Positions 26,834 through 43,766 of a stretch of DNA of 64,000 nucleotides are shown here, piece after piece. This DNA is from the human T2T-CHM13v2.0 reference genome, Homo sapiens. Made by a program: the position numbers and the translations under genes. The notes under the pieces were generated by a model, which was given only the letters and a program-made list of their open reading frames with translations, searched no databases and was not told where the DNA came from. The stretch lies in assembly GCF_009914755.1 (NCBI RefSeq), contig NC_060942.1. One strand, written 5' to 3'. Within the stretch, counting starts at the first letter, position 1. The number at the start of each line of letters is the position of its first letter.

Positions 26834-26889
26834 CAGAAATTAGTGTCACCGTTAAGGACTTGAATCCTTAACGGTGACACTAATTTCTG
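26834..26889. repeat. Perfect 25-bp inverted repeat, 6-nt loop
   Basis: CAGAAATTAGTGTCACCGTTAAGGA-CTTGAA-TCCTTAACGGTGACACTAATTTCTG. Confidence 0.98.
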
Positions 26890-28194
26890 CAGTTCTTTCA
26901 GAAAATGACTGTCCTATTGGATATATTCTCTTGAGTTGTGTTGCATAGTTTCAGTATCTTTGAATTCACTCTTCCATCACATTATCCTTTCATCTGTAGG
27001 AAGGGAGGAAACGGCAAAATAGATATGAGGTGGATTTGAGACTCCTATTGAGCCCCCATTGAAGTCGAAGTTGGTTAAGCCACAAATCCTGACTTCAATC
27101 TTTGAATTTCAGTGGCTTTCTTGTTATCCAAATCTTAGTGATAGCTTAGAGTCAATTTTCTATTATTCTGGAAATGTTCCTGTTCTCCAATGCCAATTAC
27201 CTTGGCAAATAGCCGTACAATCCTTTGGGAAATTTTAGGCAGCAGACATTCTGAATGTATTTGTAATGGTATTGCAATGCCCTTCCTAAAGAGTTAGGGT
27301 GGGTCTTTGAATTAAGACAGGGCTTAATCTGGGTTTGAGTTTCATCAAACTGAGAAAACAATTACAAGCCCTCCCAGCTAATCAAACTAGTATATTATAT
27401 CCTGTGCATCTATATTAATCAATTCATCCTTTTCTAAAATTGTGTTCCTTTCTCCTTGGTACAAGCACCCTCAGAATTCATTCCCATACATGTTTATCAC
27501 TTTGCTTATACAAATGATGAAGTTCCATATTTTTTTTTTGGTGTAAGACTGCTTCTCCCTCATTTGGCATTTTGTTGTCCCTACTCCAGGGCATATTGGC
27601 ATGGGACTAGAGCCATAAGCAAAGGCATTCAACCATGTGGTTAGTATGCCTCCACTGGAAGTACTCAGTGCTATTGCATTCAGGTCCTACACACCACCAT
27701 TCCTGCCGTGAGAGCCTGACCTCCCACTTTTACAGTGGGATCCCACTAAGACATGCATCTGAGAAAGCCCCACAATCAGGAGAGAGGTTTGAATGCTCTA
27801 TAACAACGTGACTAGTGTTCACCACATTTTACAGGTAGAGAAATGCAAGAAAATGAGAAGTTCTTATTAATTGTATCTTTATCCTAATCGTGTTTTTTAA
27901 AATAAATTCTTATAAAACTCATCTCTTCTGTTAAGACTCACACCAAAAATATGACTATAAAAATATATTGTTTATAATTGATTTAAAATAAATTGAATGG
28001 TTCTAGCATATTCATATTTTATATGAAGTATGTAGGGATTTTCTTCCAGCCACTCAACCTTCAGTAGCAATGAAATCTGTAGCTAAAAAAATCCATAGAA
28101 CAGAAACCTACTTATTGTTTATGGCAGCAATACATATTTCAGAAGGAATTGTATGGCTGTAGTATTTAGAATTTTCACATTACTTTAAAAATAG

Positions 28195-28385
28195 AAATGT
28201 ACTTATTATAAATAATTATATATTAACATAATTATTAATGAATATTATATACTATAAATATTATATAATTATAATTCTAAATATAATAGAATTATAAAAT
28301 ATAATACATAAATATAAACATACTTATTACATTACTTATTTTAGTATACTATTAGAAATATAATAAAAAATAAAAAATAATTCCT
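28195..28385. repeat. AT-rich low-complexity tract
   Basis: Seen directly. Confidence 0.85.
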
Positions 28386-28436
28386 TATAGTCATATAAGC
28401 TGTTACCAGATTGATAATAAAAATTGACTAGATCAT

Positions 28437-28625
28437 ACAAAAAATTAGCTAAGCATAGTGGCATGCAGCTGTAATCCTAGCTACTCAGGAGGCTGAGGTG
28501 GGAGGATCACTTGAGCCTGAGAGACGGAGGTTGCAGTAAGCCAACATCACAGCACTGCACTCCAGCGTGGGCGACAGAAAAAGACTCCATCTCAAAAAAA
28601 AAAAAAAAAAAGAAAAAAAAAAGAA
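28437..28625 (+). mobile_element. 5'-truncated Alu (linker, right arm, A tail; J-like)
   Basis: GGAGGATCACTTGAGCC; TSD core TAGATCAT at 28429-28436 and 28626-28633. Confidence 0.9.
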
Positions 28626-28658
28626 TAGATCATGTTCCACATAATTATAAGGTTTATT

Positions 28659-30719
<2,061 letters not shown>

Positions 30720-30810
30720 TAAGGTTTATTGACATTATTTCCCAAAAGTATAGTTTTAAAAAAGTAATCATATAGCATGTGATTCTTTGCTATCATCAAA
30801 CCTTAATTAG

Positions 30811-31115
<305 letters not shown>

Positions 31116-32649
31116 AACTAGCTGTTATTCTTTACAACTTATATCATCATATATGGCCAAAAAATAAGGCAAGATAATTTCCCAAATTATACCTTAAAAA
31201 AGAGATAGTTATCTTAACATTGGAGTCCTTATAGTTCTCTTATAAGGAAACAATCATCAAATTAATTTGATAAAAGTGTACTTTGAGAAGGAAAGACATA
31301 TTTGCTTGAAATTACATTAATCAATGTTAGTTTAGATGCCTGAAAAAAATACCTTATAATTGGTTAAAAGGCCAGCAAGGAATTTAAGATGATTTAATAA
31401 TCATTCCTGAATATATGACATCACAGCTTGAAGTGTTTGCAGTTTAAAAAGCAGCAAAATTAACAAAAACACTGGTTTTAGGTAACAGCTTTTGGGAAAA
31501 TGGAGAAATCACCATATATTCATTTGTACTTATATGGTAAGCCCATATGACATTTTATTTTGCACCTCACCGTAAAGCTACCAGCAAAGCAAATATAATT
31601 AAACATTTTATATGGATTTGCATATGACTATACTTATGTCCACACATACAATTATATATGCTAATAAATGACTATATTTATGTATGTGTATTGTCATATG
31701 ACTTGTAGAAAATGAATTATTCTTTCCTATTTGCTTAGTTCTTATTTTTATAACTTTTCTTCTCTTTAACTAGTTTTTAAAATTGATTAAACAATGTTGT
31801 AATTATTTCTAAAATTCTGCTTATAGGTTTTTTTAATAAAGATGTCAAATATTCATAGACAGGATCATGGCATACCCACACTACTGTGACTTCTTGGCAA
31901 GTTAGGACATTCATCAAGGCTATATGTGAACATCACTCGTGAAATTATTTGGGCCTTTCCCACAGCATGTTCCTCTAACATAAGAAGAAAAAATTAGACA
32001 AAATTACAATAATCTCAAATGAGGTCCAAGTATATCTTCATTACACATTCTAAGAAACAGGCAACATGAGGTTGGAACTGGGAAGGTTAAGACCTCACCA
32101 CAGAGTAGATGCAGTAGGTACAATTGTGAAAACATAGCCAGTTTAATGAGCAGATATCTAAAATAGGTCTTTATGAGCTACACATTTAAAGTAATTTGCC
32201 AGTAGAAAGTCTCTTAAGCATGTATATATTTCTCAAAGTTACATATTCGTTGTGAAGAAAACTAGCATGGCCTGGAAGTCCAGTCTTATGACTTGTTAGT
32301 CACACTGTGAGGTTTTCTCAAACTGGAGAAGGGTGGATTTTTATTTGTGATTAAACAGACTTCTTCACATGAACAGAAAATCAGCAGGAGGTAGGGGCAC
32401 ACCCGTGCATAACTTTCTGGTGAAGCCTTCCCTGCAATCGCAAGAGAAGGGTTACGAAATCTCGGATCTCATCAGTGAGGGGGTCAAGAGAAATTTTTAA
32501 GAGGATGGTGAAGGATGAAAGGCATTATCATGACCAGAAGGTCAGTGACTCATGCTACTAAAGACAAGAGAGAAGAAACCAAATATATTTGTTGTTTAAA
32601 GCTTACAAATGCTGGTTTTCTCTTAGAACCCACCTTTATTTTTCCTTCA

Positions 32650-32727
32650 TGTTCTGCACTGCATCCCCCATACCTGGCAGTGTACCAGGCACAAGTTGCT
32701 TAATAAATGTTTGTTGAATGAATAAAT
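32650..32727 (+). mobile_element. L2 3' end
   Basis: CCTGGCAGTGTACCAGGCACA...AATAAATGTTTGTTGAATGAATAAAT. Confidence 0.7.
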
Positions 32728-32879
32728 CATTGTGCAAACCTCTCAAATCTATCTTCATTCTGCATTTCAATTCACTTTCTCCACTGCTTATAGATCATTA
32801 TATTAAAGTATATGCAAATACTTTAATAAAGCATAGTGTTTTCTCTATAGAACAAATATCTTTTGTTTCCTTATGTGTA

Positions 32880-35220
32880 TTTTAAGGGTAATTTAAAATT
32901 AACTTTATTTTTATTAAGGTAATACATCTCATAATTTAAAACAAAATCAAAATCTACAGTTCTTGTGGAACAGTGCAGATCGCCTCCTAAGCCCTGGTCT
33001 TAATCCCCACAGGCAAACATTTGACTCTTTAGCAGCTTTTTAACTGTACTTTTATATGTCTAATTGGTTTGCCTATCCTGCTATTTCTTTATTTAGCAAC
33101 TTTACACATTATTTATTGATTTTTGTTATGATGATTGAGGGTTTAGCTGTCTTCCCTGCACATATACACAGATAGTCTTTCCCTCTGCCATCCTCCACAT
33201 GTAGTTTTATTGTAGGTTAGGGTTAATTCTCTTGTTGGCATTCCCAATATTTTTATTAGGTCCAGATCTGAACAAAGTGGTATTCTATCATAATGTTTCT
33301 TTTTTCTTGCAACTTTTTGTTTCTCATGGAGTTAATAATATCCTTTTAAAATTAGTTCAGCACACTCCGTACCTATTGTATATTATTCACAATTGCCTCT
33401 GACTGATCTTTAAGACTGTAACAGAGTGATCTAACTGTGGTAACAACTCTAAAAAATCTTCGTGGCATCATACAATACAAGTTTACTTCTAGCTCATGTG
33501 GTAGTCCAATGTGTGGCAGCTGAGGTAGCCATGTCACACCCTAATTCAGGTTCATGACTTTTCATCTAGGGGCTTTCATGTCTTCTAGGGGCTTAGAGCT
33601 CTTCGTTGGTTCTTCGCATCTGCGCACTAGTAAGGGAAGAGGGGAAGTGTGGAGGATCTCAGGGGTTATTTTATGGGCATACCCTGGAAGCGATGTACAT
33701 GACTTCTGCCCGCAATCCATGAACCAGACCTCAGTGACATGCCTCCCCACCTGCAAGGGGCTAAGAAATGAAATCTAGTGTGGTGCTCAGGAAAAAGAGC
33801 AGAACATGGAATCTGGCGGGCACTTCCCGCTATCTACTGTATTTTCAAATGCACATGTGTATCAAACAATCTATCATTTTCTTTCCATTTTTTTTTTTCT
33901 TGGAGACATTCCTACTGCAAGCCATCTGTTCACCTCTCTTTAGGCCTGCTTCACACTTATTGCTCTGGAGAATTTATTTTACTGCCTCTTATGTTGGGCC
34001 TGCATTTTTGGGGTTTCATCTCTTCCTCTTTCTTGATTTATAAGCTTGTTTGGGGAACTGTTACTTTAAAATGGCACACAGGACGTATATTTTTTAAGTC
34101 CTTGCATATCTGAAAATTTTTTAAAATCAAGCTTGGCTGACAGTTTGTCTTGATATACAATTCTAAGTTCAAAATAATTTCATTTAAAAAATGTGAAGGC
34201 ATTCAAAGAAACTTCTGGATCCATTATTGCTCTTGAGAAATCCAATGCAATTTTTTTTCCTTGTATGTGATCTGCTTTATGTCTCTGGAAGATGTTTTAG
34301 GCTTTTCTCTTTATTCCTGCATTTATTTTATCTCAGAATGATATATTTCGATGAGTTTAATTATTTGATTAATTTAAAGGATTGTTTTCCTGGACGTTTA
34401 GTGAAACTTTTGATCTCCAAAGTTCATCATCTTCATTTCTGGTATTGTTTTTGCATTGTTTTCAAATTAGTGTTTTTATCCTTTTCTGCATAGAAAGAAC
34501 TCTTTTCTAGAGCTTTCTGAGATTTCCATTAGTCTCAGAATTTTTTTCCATTTTTTGAAAATTTTCTGCAGCTAAATAGATTTTTCAACTTAGTCTTCTA
34601 ACCCATCTGTCAGTTTTTTTGTAAATGTTGAGTATATTTTCAATTTCAAAAGATTTTTTTCCTGTTTTGTATATAAATTTCTTTTTTATTCATTATCTCT
34701 AGGAGCAGGGTAAAAAGGCATGTGTTCAGTTCATCTTGTTGAACCACAAATTACTCTAGTTTACTTTCTCCAGAAAATAAACCTGCAGTCTCCTGGAAGC
34801 TGGATTGAGCAGATGGAGGAACTTATGGTTGGTTGATTGTGTGACAGTGGGGAAGGGAACTCTGGGTCCAAGCATTCCAATATACAGACGTATAACCAAA
34901 CCCCTGTGTTTACCCCACCACCTGGCCTCCTTCTATGCTGAGATTTCTGCCTCCTAGGCCTGAGCCTGCCCAGGTTTTGCAGGAAGAATTGGCTTGCTTT
35001 TTACCATAATCTCTCCTGCAGGCATGCAGTGTATAGAATCCTCTGCTCTTCCAAATCAGTTACCACGCCTGCATCTGATTTAGCTTCTTCCAAAATTCAT
35101 TACAAGTTTATGTGTTATTTTATCTGCTTATTTGTCTTTGTGATTCAATAACATTTAAAAAAATTCATTTATTCTTGTAATAAAGCAGTTTGAGGAGAGA
35201 TGAAATACATGTGATAATCT
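32880..35220 (-). mobile_element. Ancient L1M fragments with nested MLT1 LTR relic (~33417-33830)
   Basis: T-rich antisense L1M-like text; MLT1 motifs GTAACAAC...CAATACAAGTTTACTTCTAGCTCATG and CAGTGACATGCC...CTGCAAGGGGCTAAGAAATG. Confidence 0.5.
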
Positions 35221-35749
35221 TGCCATTTGTAACTACACATCACCCCATGTACATTAATGTTTACCTCAGTGCCATACTGATTGAATTAGACAGATGTTAT
35301 GTCTAGTTAAGTTATGCTACATAAACTCCAGGTACAGGAAGATGTTATTACTATTATTATCATGACACACAATGCTGTCACCTTGTTTTCACTGGTTTTC
35401 CACTGTTTTTTATTCTGCTCTACCTCTGGTCAAAGTGGCCTTCATGGAGTGGCCAGGCAACATTTCTCTTATGTCTTCCTACTCTTTCTCTTCCTTGGAA
35501 CCCCTCTTCCCAGGGAAGGAAATGTTCCACCACTCTCTGGTAGTGTCACTATGTAACACTACTGAATCTGAGCCTTGGAACCTCGGAGACAGGACCATAT
35601 GTGGCAAGTCACTCCAGGAGAGCTATCCCTGCAAGAGTTGGCCCTATAAAGCAGGTGACACACTTATCTAGGGAAAGGTGGCAAGGAGAGTCATCAATAA
35701 ATGTGTGTGTCAGATTTTCTTATGGCAGGAACCTTTTCTAGAAGTTGCA

Positions 35750-35990
35750 GTGAGGTAGTACAACACAGTGACCACTGTGAGCTCGGCATTCAGGATCAAT
35801 AGACCTGTCTTCCACCTTTTGAACTTCATCACTTTGGACAGATTTACTGCGACTTTCTCAACCTCAGTTACCTCATTCTGAAAATGGAGACAATAAATAT
35901 AATAGACGCCTTGCCTATTTCACAGTAATGTTGTGAAAGCCAAATGAGATGAAACTCTATTGCATACAGGAAATAATAGCTATTAGGACT
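35750..35990 (+). mobile_element. MIR SINE
   Basis: CCTCAGTTACCTCATTCTGAAAATGGAGACAATAA core. Confidence 0.7.
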
Positions 35991-36889
35991 AATGTCAGTA
36001 GTGAACACATGAACTAGATAAAGAATATGGGTTATCATTGTATAGCACAGAGGGTGATTTTAAGTCAATGTGTTAACAGTGGAAAAGATTCAAGGCTCTT
36101 ATGTTCTTTCTTTTATTTCTGTCTGGGCCCATGGACACACACTTCTTATATACTTAGATATTGCTGTTAAATGCAAAGTAGATTTATCATAAATATAGAT
36201 TCCAAGCATACATACTTTGAAAATCTACAGTCTGAGCCTCAAAGACTTTTATGCAGTAGATCCAAAATAATTTTTAGGAACTGGATCTTACTTGGGGAGA
36301 ATGGAATAGATTGTTACCAAAATTATAAGTATAGCCAACACATTCATAGAACTTACTGTGCCAGGCACGTTCTACACACATTACTGATATGAAGTCAATT
36401 CTTCACAATAACACTATGAAGACATTATTATTACTCTTCTTTTCAACTTTCAAGAACATTGAAGGACATAAAATAGAACTTCTTTAATAGTTTCATAATA
36501 GAATAGACAGATTTCTATGAGACCAAAATGTTTTCTCTAATATTCCATTTTTCCACTAGTTTGCTATTGTTTGTTTTGTGTTTTGGTTTGGGCTATTCCT
36601 TTGCTCCCTTCTACAAGAAATTCTCTGGGAGCTGATAACAGCAGTGCCTCCCAGATTGTCTCTAGGGCATCGAATAAGAAACAAGTTAAGTAATTAAAAT
36701 TCAAGCAGTCATTGGCATCTCGTTGTTTACTAACATGAATGCAAGACACAGGTTTGGAACTTTTAAATTTTGTTCACAGAGGAGTAAATCGGTTGTTATT
36801 ATAATGTACCCAACCTTGTATTCTTACCTTTACTACCAGTCTGTAAATTAGGGATGTCTGAATGTGTCTAAAATGGAATCCCAAGATGG

Positions 36890-36978
36890 GCAGCCAGGAT
36901 CTTTGCTTTGTGGACGAATCTAGTGTGTTTAGAACACGGCATAGCACATAGTAGGTGCTTAACAAATACTTGTTCAAT
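36890..36978 (+). mobile_element. L2 3' end
   Basis: AGAACACGGCATAGCACATAGTAGGTGCTTAACAAATACTTGTTCAATG. Confidence 0.7.
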
Positions 36979-37541
36979 GCCTCCGTGTGCTCATTATCTT
37001 ACTTAGTGGTAACCTATTGATCTCTGAAGTGACTTTAGGAAGTGAATTAGGGCTTTGGGAAGTGAATTTGGATGTTGCATACTGATTAATGCATTCATAC
37101 GAACACATCCTAACTTTTAAAATATTAATTTCTTTCCAACGCCCTCTTTTATTTCCCTAGGCCATCCTCTGCTCCCCACTCGCAATCCCTCGCCTTCACT
37201 CCTCATAGTTAATGAGACACCCCCTCGGAGGAGAGAACGCAATGTCAGGGCCCCAGTTCTCACAGCGCCCTGGGCTCTTTGAATGAGAGACATCAAAGAA
37301 AACACAGAACAAAAATGAATAAAAATGAGCTCGCTGGTAGGGCTAGAAGCCCCACAGTGTGGAGACTTCATCCCCGAGAGGAGTGTGTTTCTCACTGCAG
37401 CAGTTGAGTCACCAGCAAGACTTGCCTGAGGTGAGCTCCGCACATCCGCGTTGGGACTTGCAGACACGCCTTCTTCTCACACAAACCTTACCCAGCCCCG
37501 CCGCCGCGGCGGACTCCGAGGGTGGTGCCACCAGCCCTGCC

Positions 37542-37765
37542 ACTCGCAGTCCTGACGGGCAGGGGCTGCGGACCGCCCGGCCTTGGACCCATCCGGAGCC
37601 ACAGGTTGGAGGAGATAAGTAGCTGTCCCCGTGCTCATCGCCCTGTGGAGCAGATCCTGTCTCCTTGCTGACGGTGGAGCCCGGGAGTTCCAGGGCTTGG
37701 GAAGGGGAAGGAAACCTCTCTGAAATCTGACACCTGCTCTCCCGGCAAGGAAACTTCGCAGGCTG
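37542..37765 (+). other. RAB27B: RAB27B non-coding exon 1 (5' UTR)
   Basis: ACTCGCAGTCCTGACGGGCAGG...GGAAACTTCGCAGGCTG matches my recollection of the RAB27B mRNA 5' end, which continues in exon 2 to ATG MTDGDYDYLIK (not in this window); strong donor CTG|GTGAGT at 37765/37766. Confidence 0.8.
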
Positions 37766-37856
37766 GTGAGTTGGGAAGGCGGGCTGCTGCTGCTGGAACG
37801 CGTTCCCACCCACCCGGGTGCTGCAGCGCCGGCCTGCGCCGTGGGAAGTGAGGCCT

Positions 37857-37890
37857 CTGTGTGTGTGTGTGCATGTGTGAGTGCGTGTGC
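37857..37890. repeat. Imperfect (TG)n/alternating purine-pyrimidine tract
   Basis: TGTGTGTGTGTGTGCATGTGTGAGTGCGTGTGC. Confidence 0.85.
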
Positions 37891-40004
37891 ACCTTCGATC
37901 GCGGTTTCCAGCAGAAATCCTTGCAAAGAAGACAGTAGTGCTGTGTGCTGCACGGATGGCATGGGCCAACTCGACCTGGCTCTCCTTGAGTGTTTGCTTA
38001 TCAAACAGCTGGTTACCACCAAAAAAAGCAAAAAGAAAAACAAAAAGCCTAGGCACAGCAATGCCAATTTCCTTTCATTTGCATCTCAAAAAACAATCAA
38101 AATAATGAATAAGAAAAAGCATGGATGATGATGTGCTCAGAGTTTCATTCCAGGAGGAGCGACTTAGTGAGGCAAGCCAGGAGAGCAATAAGACATTTAT
38201 ATGCACTTCCTTAGATGAAATAGCCACAGAGACCTTAAGAGTACTTTCTGTTTTCCAATTTTTTGCTCTGTTACTTTCGAATTCTGATCTAAGTGTTGCA
38301 CCAACTAGGGTATATGTGTGCATGTGTGTTCACCCAACTGATCACAATAAATTAGCTTTCAAGACTTTCCCACCCAATGCAACATTAATTAAGCCTCTGA
38401 AAACTACTGAAGTAGGTGAACTGTAAGCAGAGACTGCATTCCTAGGAAAAAGCTGTGTTTGGTTAGAGCCTTCACACCTGTATCATGTTTTGTGAGTTTT
38501 TTATGTCAAGATGTAAAGCTAAGGGTATGTAATTCCAGTTGTTTTAAACTGCACATCATTAAATTAAGCCCAAAGTAATAACATAAATTTCAAGGTTATT
38601 AACAACAAAATTATTGTTTAATATAATACAGCTCTGAATTTTGATTTTGTTCTGTTTATAAGAAAAATGTCTACAGTTCTCAATATTTAGTTATATTCAC
38701 ACATATTCATTCATATATAGAATATACAGGGTTTTATGGTTATAAATTTTGAAAAGTTGAGGGAAAGGATAGACTTAAGCATTAATATAAACTCAGATAT
38801 TTAAGTTTAATGAATTTTCAAGCTGCTGTAAAGTCCATATTGCAGTGATGAAGAGAGAGACATACCTGTCATGTGCCATTGCCCCTCAAATAGTTATTTT
38901 TCATAGTTTCCTAGCATAATCCTCTACCCAGATGGGGTCAGCCATCCTTGAAGGCAAGAGGTGATTCCTACCAATGACCAAAAAGGGGTAATCTTGACAG
39001 ATAGTTTAATATTAATGGAGCTTTTCTGTTTCAGAGTTGACTATGGCCTCTCATACAGTGTTACTGTCATTGCTTTCGAAAGGAAAACAAAACATAGCAG
39101 ATAAAACTGGATGAGCCTGTTCTCATAGTTGCCAAGAAGGGATAAAGGGAATCTGTTGAATGTAAGCAAACCACAGTTCCCCTTTCTCATAGGTCATTTC
39201 TGGAACAGGCATGTTTGACCCAATAGGGAAGGTAACCCTAATATAATTGATCTTCTTGGTAGAAGATCAGTTGGTATGCCAGTTTACACTACAACTGTAT
39301 GTTGGTTTCAGAATTGCTGTTCATTTATTTCACTGTTTTTCTGGAAAAATGGAAGTTATCCAAATGTCCAGGTAGTTCAGAATAGAAACCTGCTCTTTTC
39401 CCACCCTCACTCCTGCAAATTTTTGGTTAGGTTTTTGGGCTCTCAGATCAGTACGGCATGAAATATAGAACAATTACTCATATAAAACTCATCTCACAAT
39501 CCAGTTTCTTCAGTTGATTCATCAAGGCAGGTTGACCAATAGTTCAGCTCTTAAGCAAGTAATTGTAATGTTGAGATGCAAGGAAATGATTTCAATAAAA
39601 ACAGACAGGACAAATCAGGTGTTTCCCATGAAGAATATGTCACTTTCTAAAGATGGCTGCCAAATGGGAATGATTTTTTTTTTAAATTCATTATTAGGTA
39701 TATATGGGCTTAAGTATATACTATAGAAGTAGCAAGCAGCAACATCACTATGCATAATAACATACCTATTGTAAACCCCAAATATGGAGTTGATAGTATT
39801 ACTCAATTTCTTTCACACCCTTTGCAATCATTATTCATGTTCTCCAAATATTAACCTCCCATTGGCACTCCTTAAATAAGACAAACTTGTCTAGATTGCC
39901 AATAAGGAGAGTAACACTCTGTTTATCAAATGGCCAAAAAAATCTTAAATAAATTTTGTCTTTTTAACTAAACAACTGCTCAATATATTGAGATAATTAA
40001 GTTG

Positions 40005-41915
<1,911 letters not shown>

Positions 41916-42251
41916 GGAAAGAGATGGAGTTCTCAATATAAGATATTCAGAAAAACTATAAAAAATTCTGAAAATAGCATTTCACCTAATTCTAAAGAGA
42001 ATTGAAAAGAGGCCCCCAGAAAAACTCATGAGGCTACGTACATAGAAGCTCTAATAAATTCAATTTTTTAAAATGACTTGTAGAACAGATGAATAAAGGA
42101 AACATATAATTAGAAATACTTAATGAAGGTGTTGTCTGAGCTGTGAGCATAGTTTGAAGAAGAGTAATGCACAGTGAGCCGAAGCTTGGGAAAAAATGCT
42201 CAGGAGAGCAAAAGATTATTTTCACATTGTTTGAAACAAAGCAGTGAATAA

Positions 42252-42589
<338 letters not shown>

Positions 42590-42719
42590 ATGAATCCCTC
42601 TTCTTTCTACATGAAAGAAAATAGCCTTCAAAATGGAAGGTCTAGACAACACCAAAAGAAAATTAAAATCAAAGAAAGCTGAGAAGTTATTGTGACTGCA
42701 AATAACTTCTTTAAATGAG

Positions 42720-42960
42720 AAAGACTAATGGCAGAAGTTGTCAAGAGGACCTCTGTGAGGAAAGGGCATTTCAGTTGAGACCTAAAGGTTGCCTGGTTGC
42801 TAGTCAGGTGAAGGGGTTGAGAAAGAACAAACCAGACAGTGCAGAAGGATTTGCTGAATTCTTAACCTGGGAAAGAGCTTGGAGCGTTCAAGAAACTGAG
42901 AAAAGGAGTTTGGAGAATGGAAAGCAGGTGGCAGAGAGAGGCACAAAGTGAGTCTGGAGG
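42720..42960 (-). mobile_element. L2 fragment
   Basis: GGACCTCTGTGAGGAAAGGGCATTTCAGTTGAGACCTAAAGG L2 motif. Confidence 0.6.
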
Positions 42961-43642
42961 CACCAATGGGGAAGAGTCATTGCAGAAACTAGACAAGACC
43001 AATGAAGATCAGGAAGTGCAGCAACCTAAAACTTACTTGTCAGAGCTGTTATAGAGATGACTTCTACTGGGAGGTTGAACTAAACAACCCTCAAGCTCTC
43101 ATCCAAAGCTATAATCCTACAAATACAAGAACACAATTTGTTTAATATTTGATAATGTGTTCTAGATTTTTTAAATTAAGAATTGATAGTGAAAGTATAG
43201 TTATAAAATATAAAACAGATCAAAGCAAATTAAGTAGTAGCTGCCATATAAAGCAAATGTTTAATATCCAGAAAAGCAGGAAAAACGTTTCTAGGTAGCT
43301 ACAGCTGTATTCAAGGATACCAAGACCCACTCACATAATTTTGGGAACAGTTTCATAGAAAGGAGATATAGACTTCATATATTGGTGGGATTTTAATCAA
43401 ACCAGTAGGAAGTCTATTATTAGTCAAATATTGCTAGTGTTGAGTGGTGTATAACTATAGACAGGGCATTCAGTCTCCTTAAGGATCTTGATTTTCTCCT
43501 GTGTAAAATAAAAGGTAAGGGTTGATTATTTTAACATCCCTACTGTTCAGCTCTAGACTTGGGCAACACATAATTCTTGTTTGATGTTTACTTCCTTCCT
43601 TCTTTTTTCCTTTTCTTCCTTCCATTTATGTGTCTATCCCTC

Positions 43643-43766
43643 TAGATAGATGATAGGTAGAGATAGATAAATAGATAGATAACCTTAGATCTACCTAAGA
43701 TTATCTTTGTTATACATAAATCTGTGTGCATAAGTGTATATATATATGTGTGTGTGTGTGTGTGCA
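43643..43766. repeat. (GATA)n-like and (TA)n(TG)n simple repeats
   Basis: Seen directly. Confidence 0.75.

Larger units (their letters stand above)
37420..37905 (+). promoter_or_regulatory. RAB27B: CpG-island promoter of RAB27B (TATA-less)
   Basis: Only CpG-dense non-repeat segment in the window; GC-box-like CCCCGCCGCC at ~37496-37505; AP-1 TGAGTCA at 37405-37411; Inr-like CCACTC around 37542. Gene identity from recalled mRNA sequence. Confidence 0.8.

Noticed and set aside
37409-38067. 215-aa and 196-aa minus-strand ORFs over the CpG island
   Set aside because: Stop-poor because of high GC and simple repeats; no recognisable domain; antisense to the RAB27B first exon
43676-43706. Imperfect inverted repeat AGATAACCTTAG/CTAAGATTATCT
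   Set aside because: Short, mismatched and embedded in (GATA)n-like low-complexity sequence
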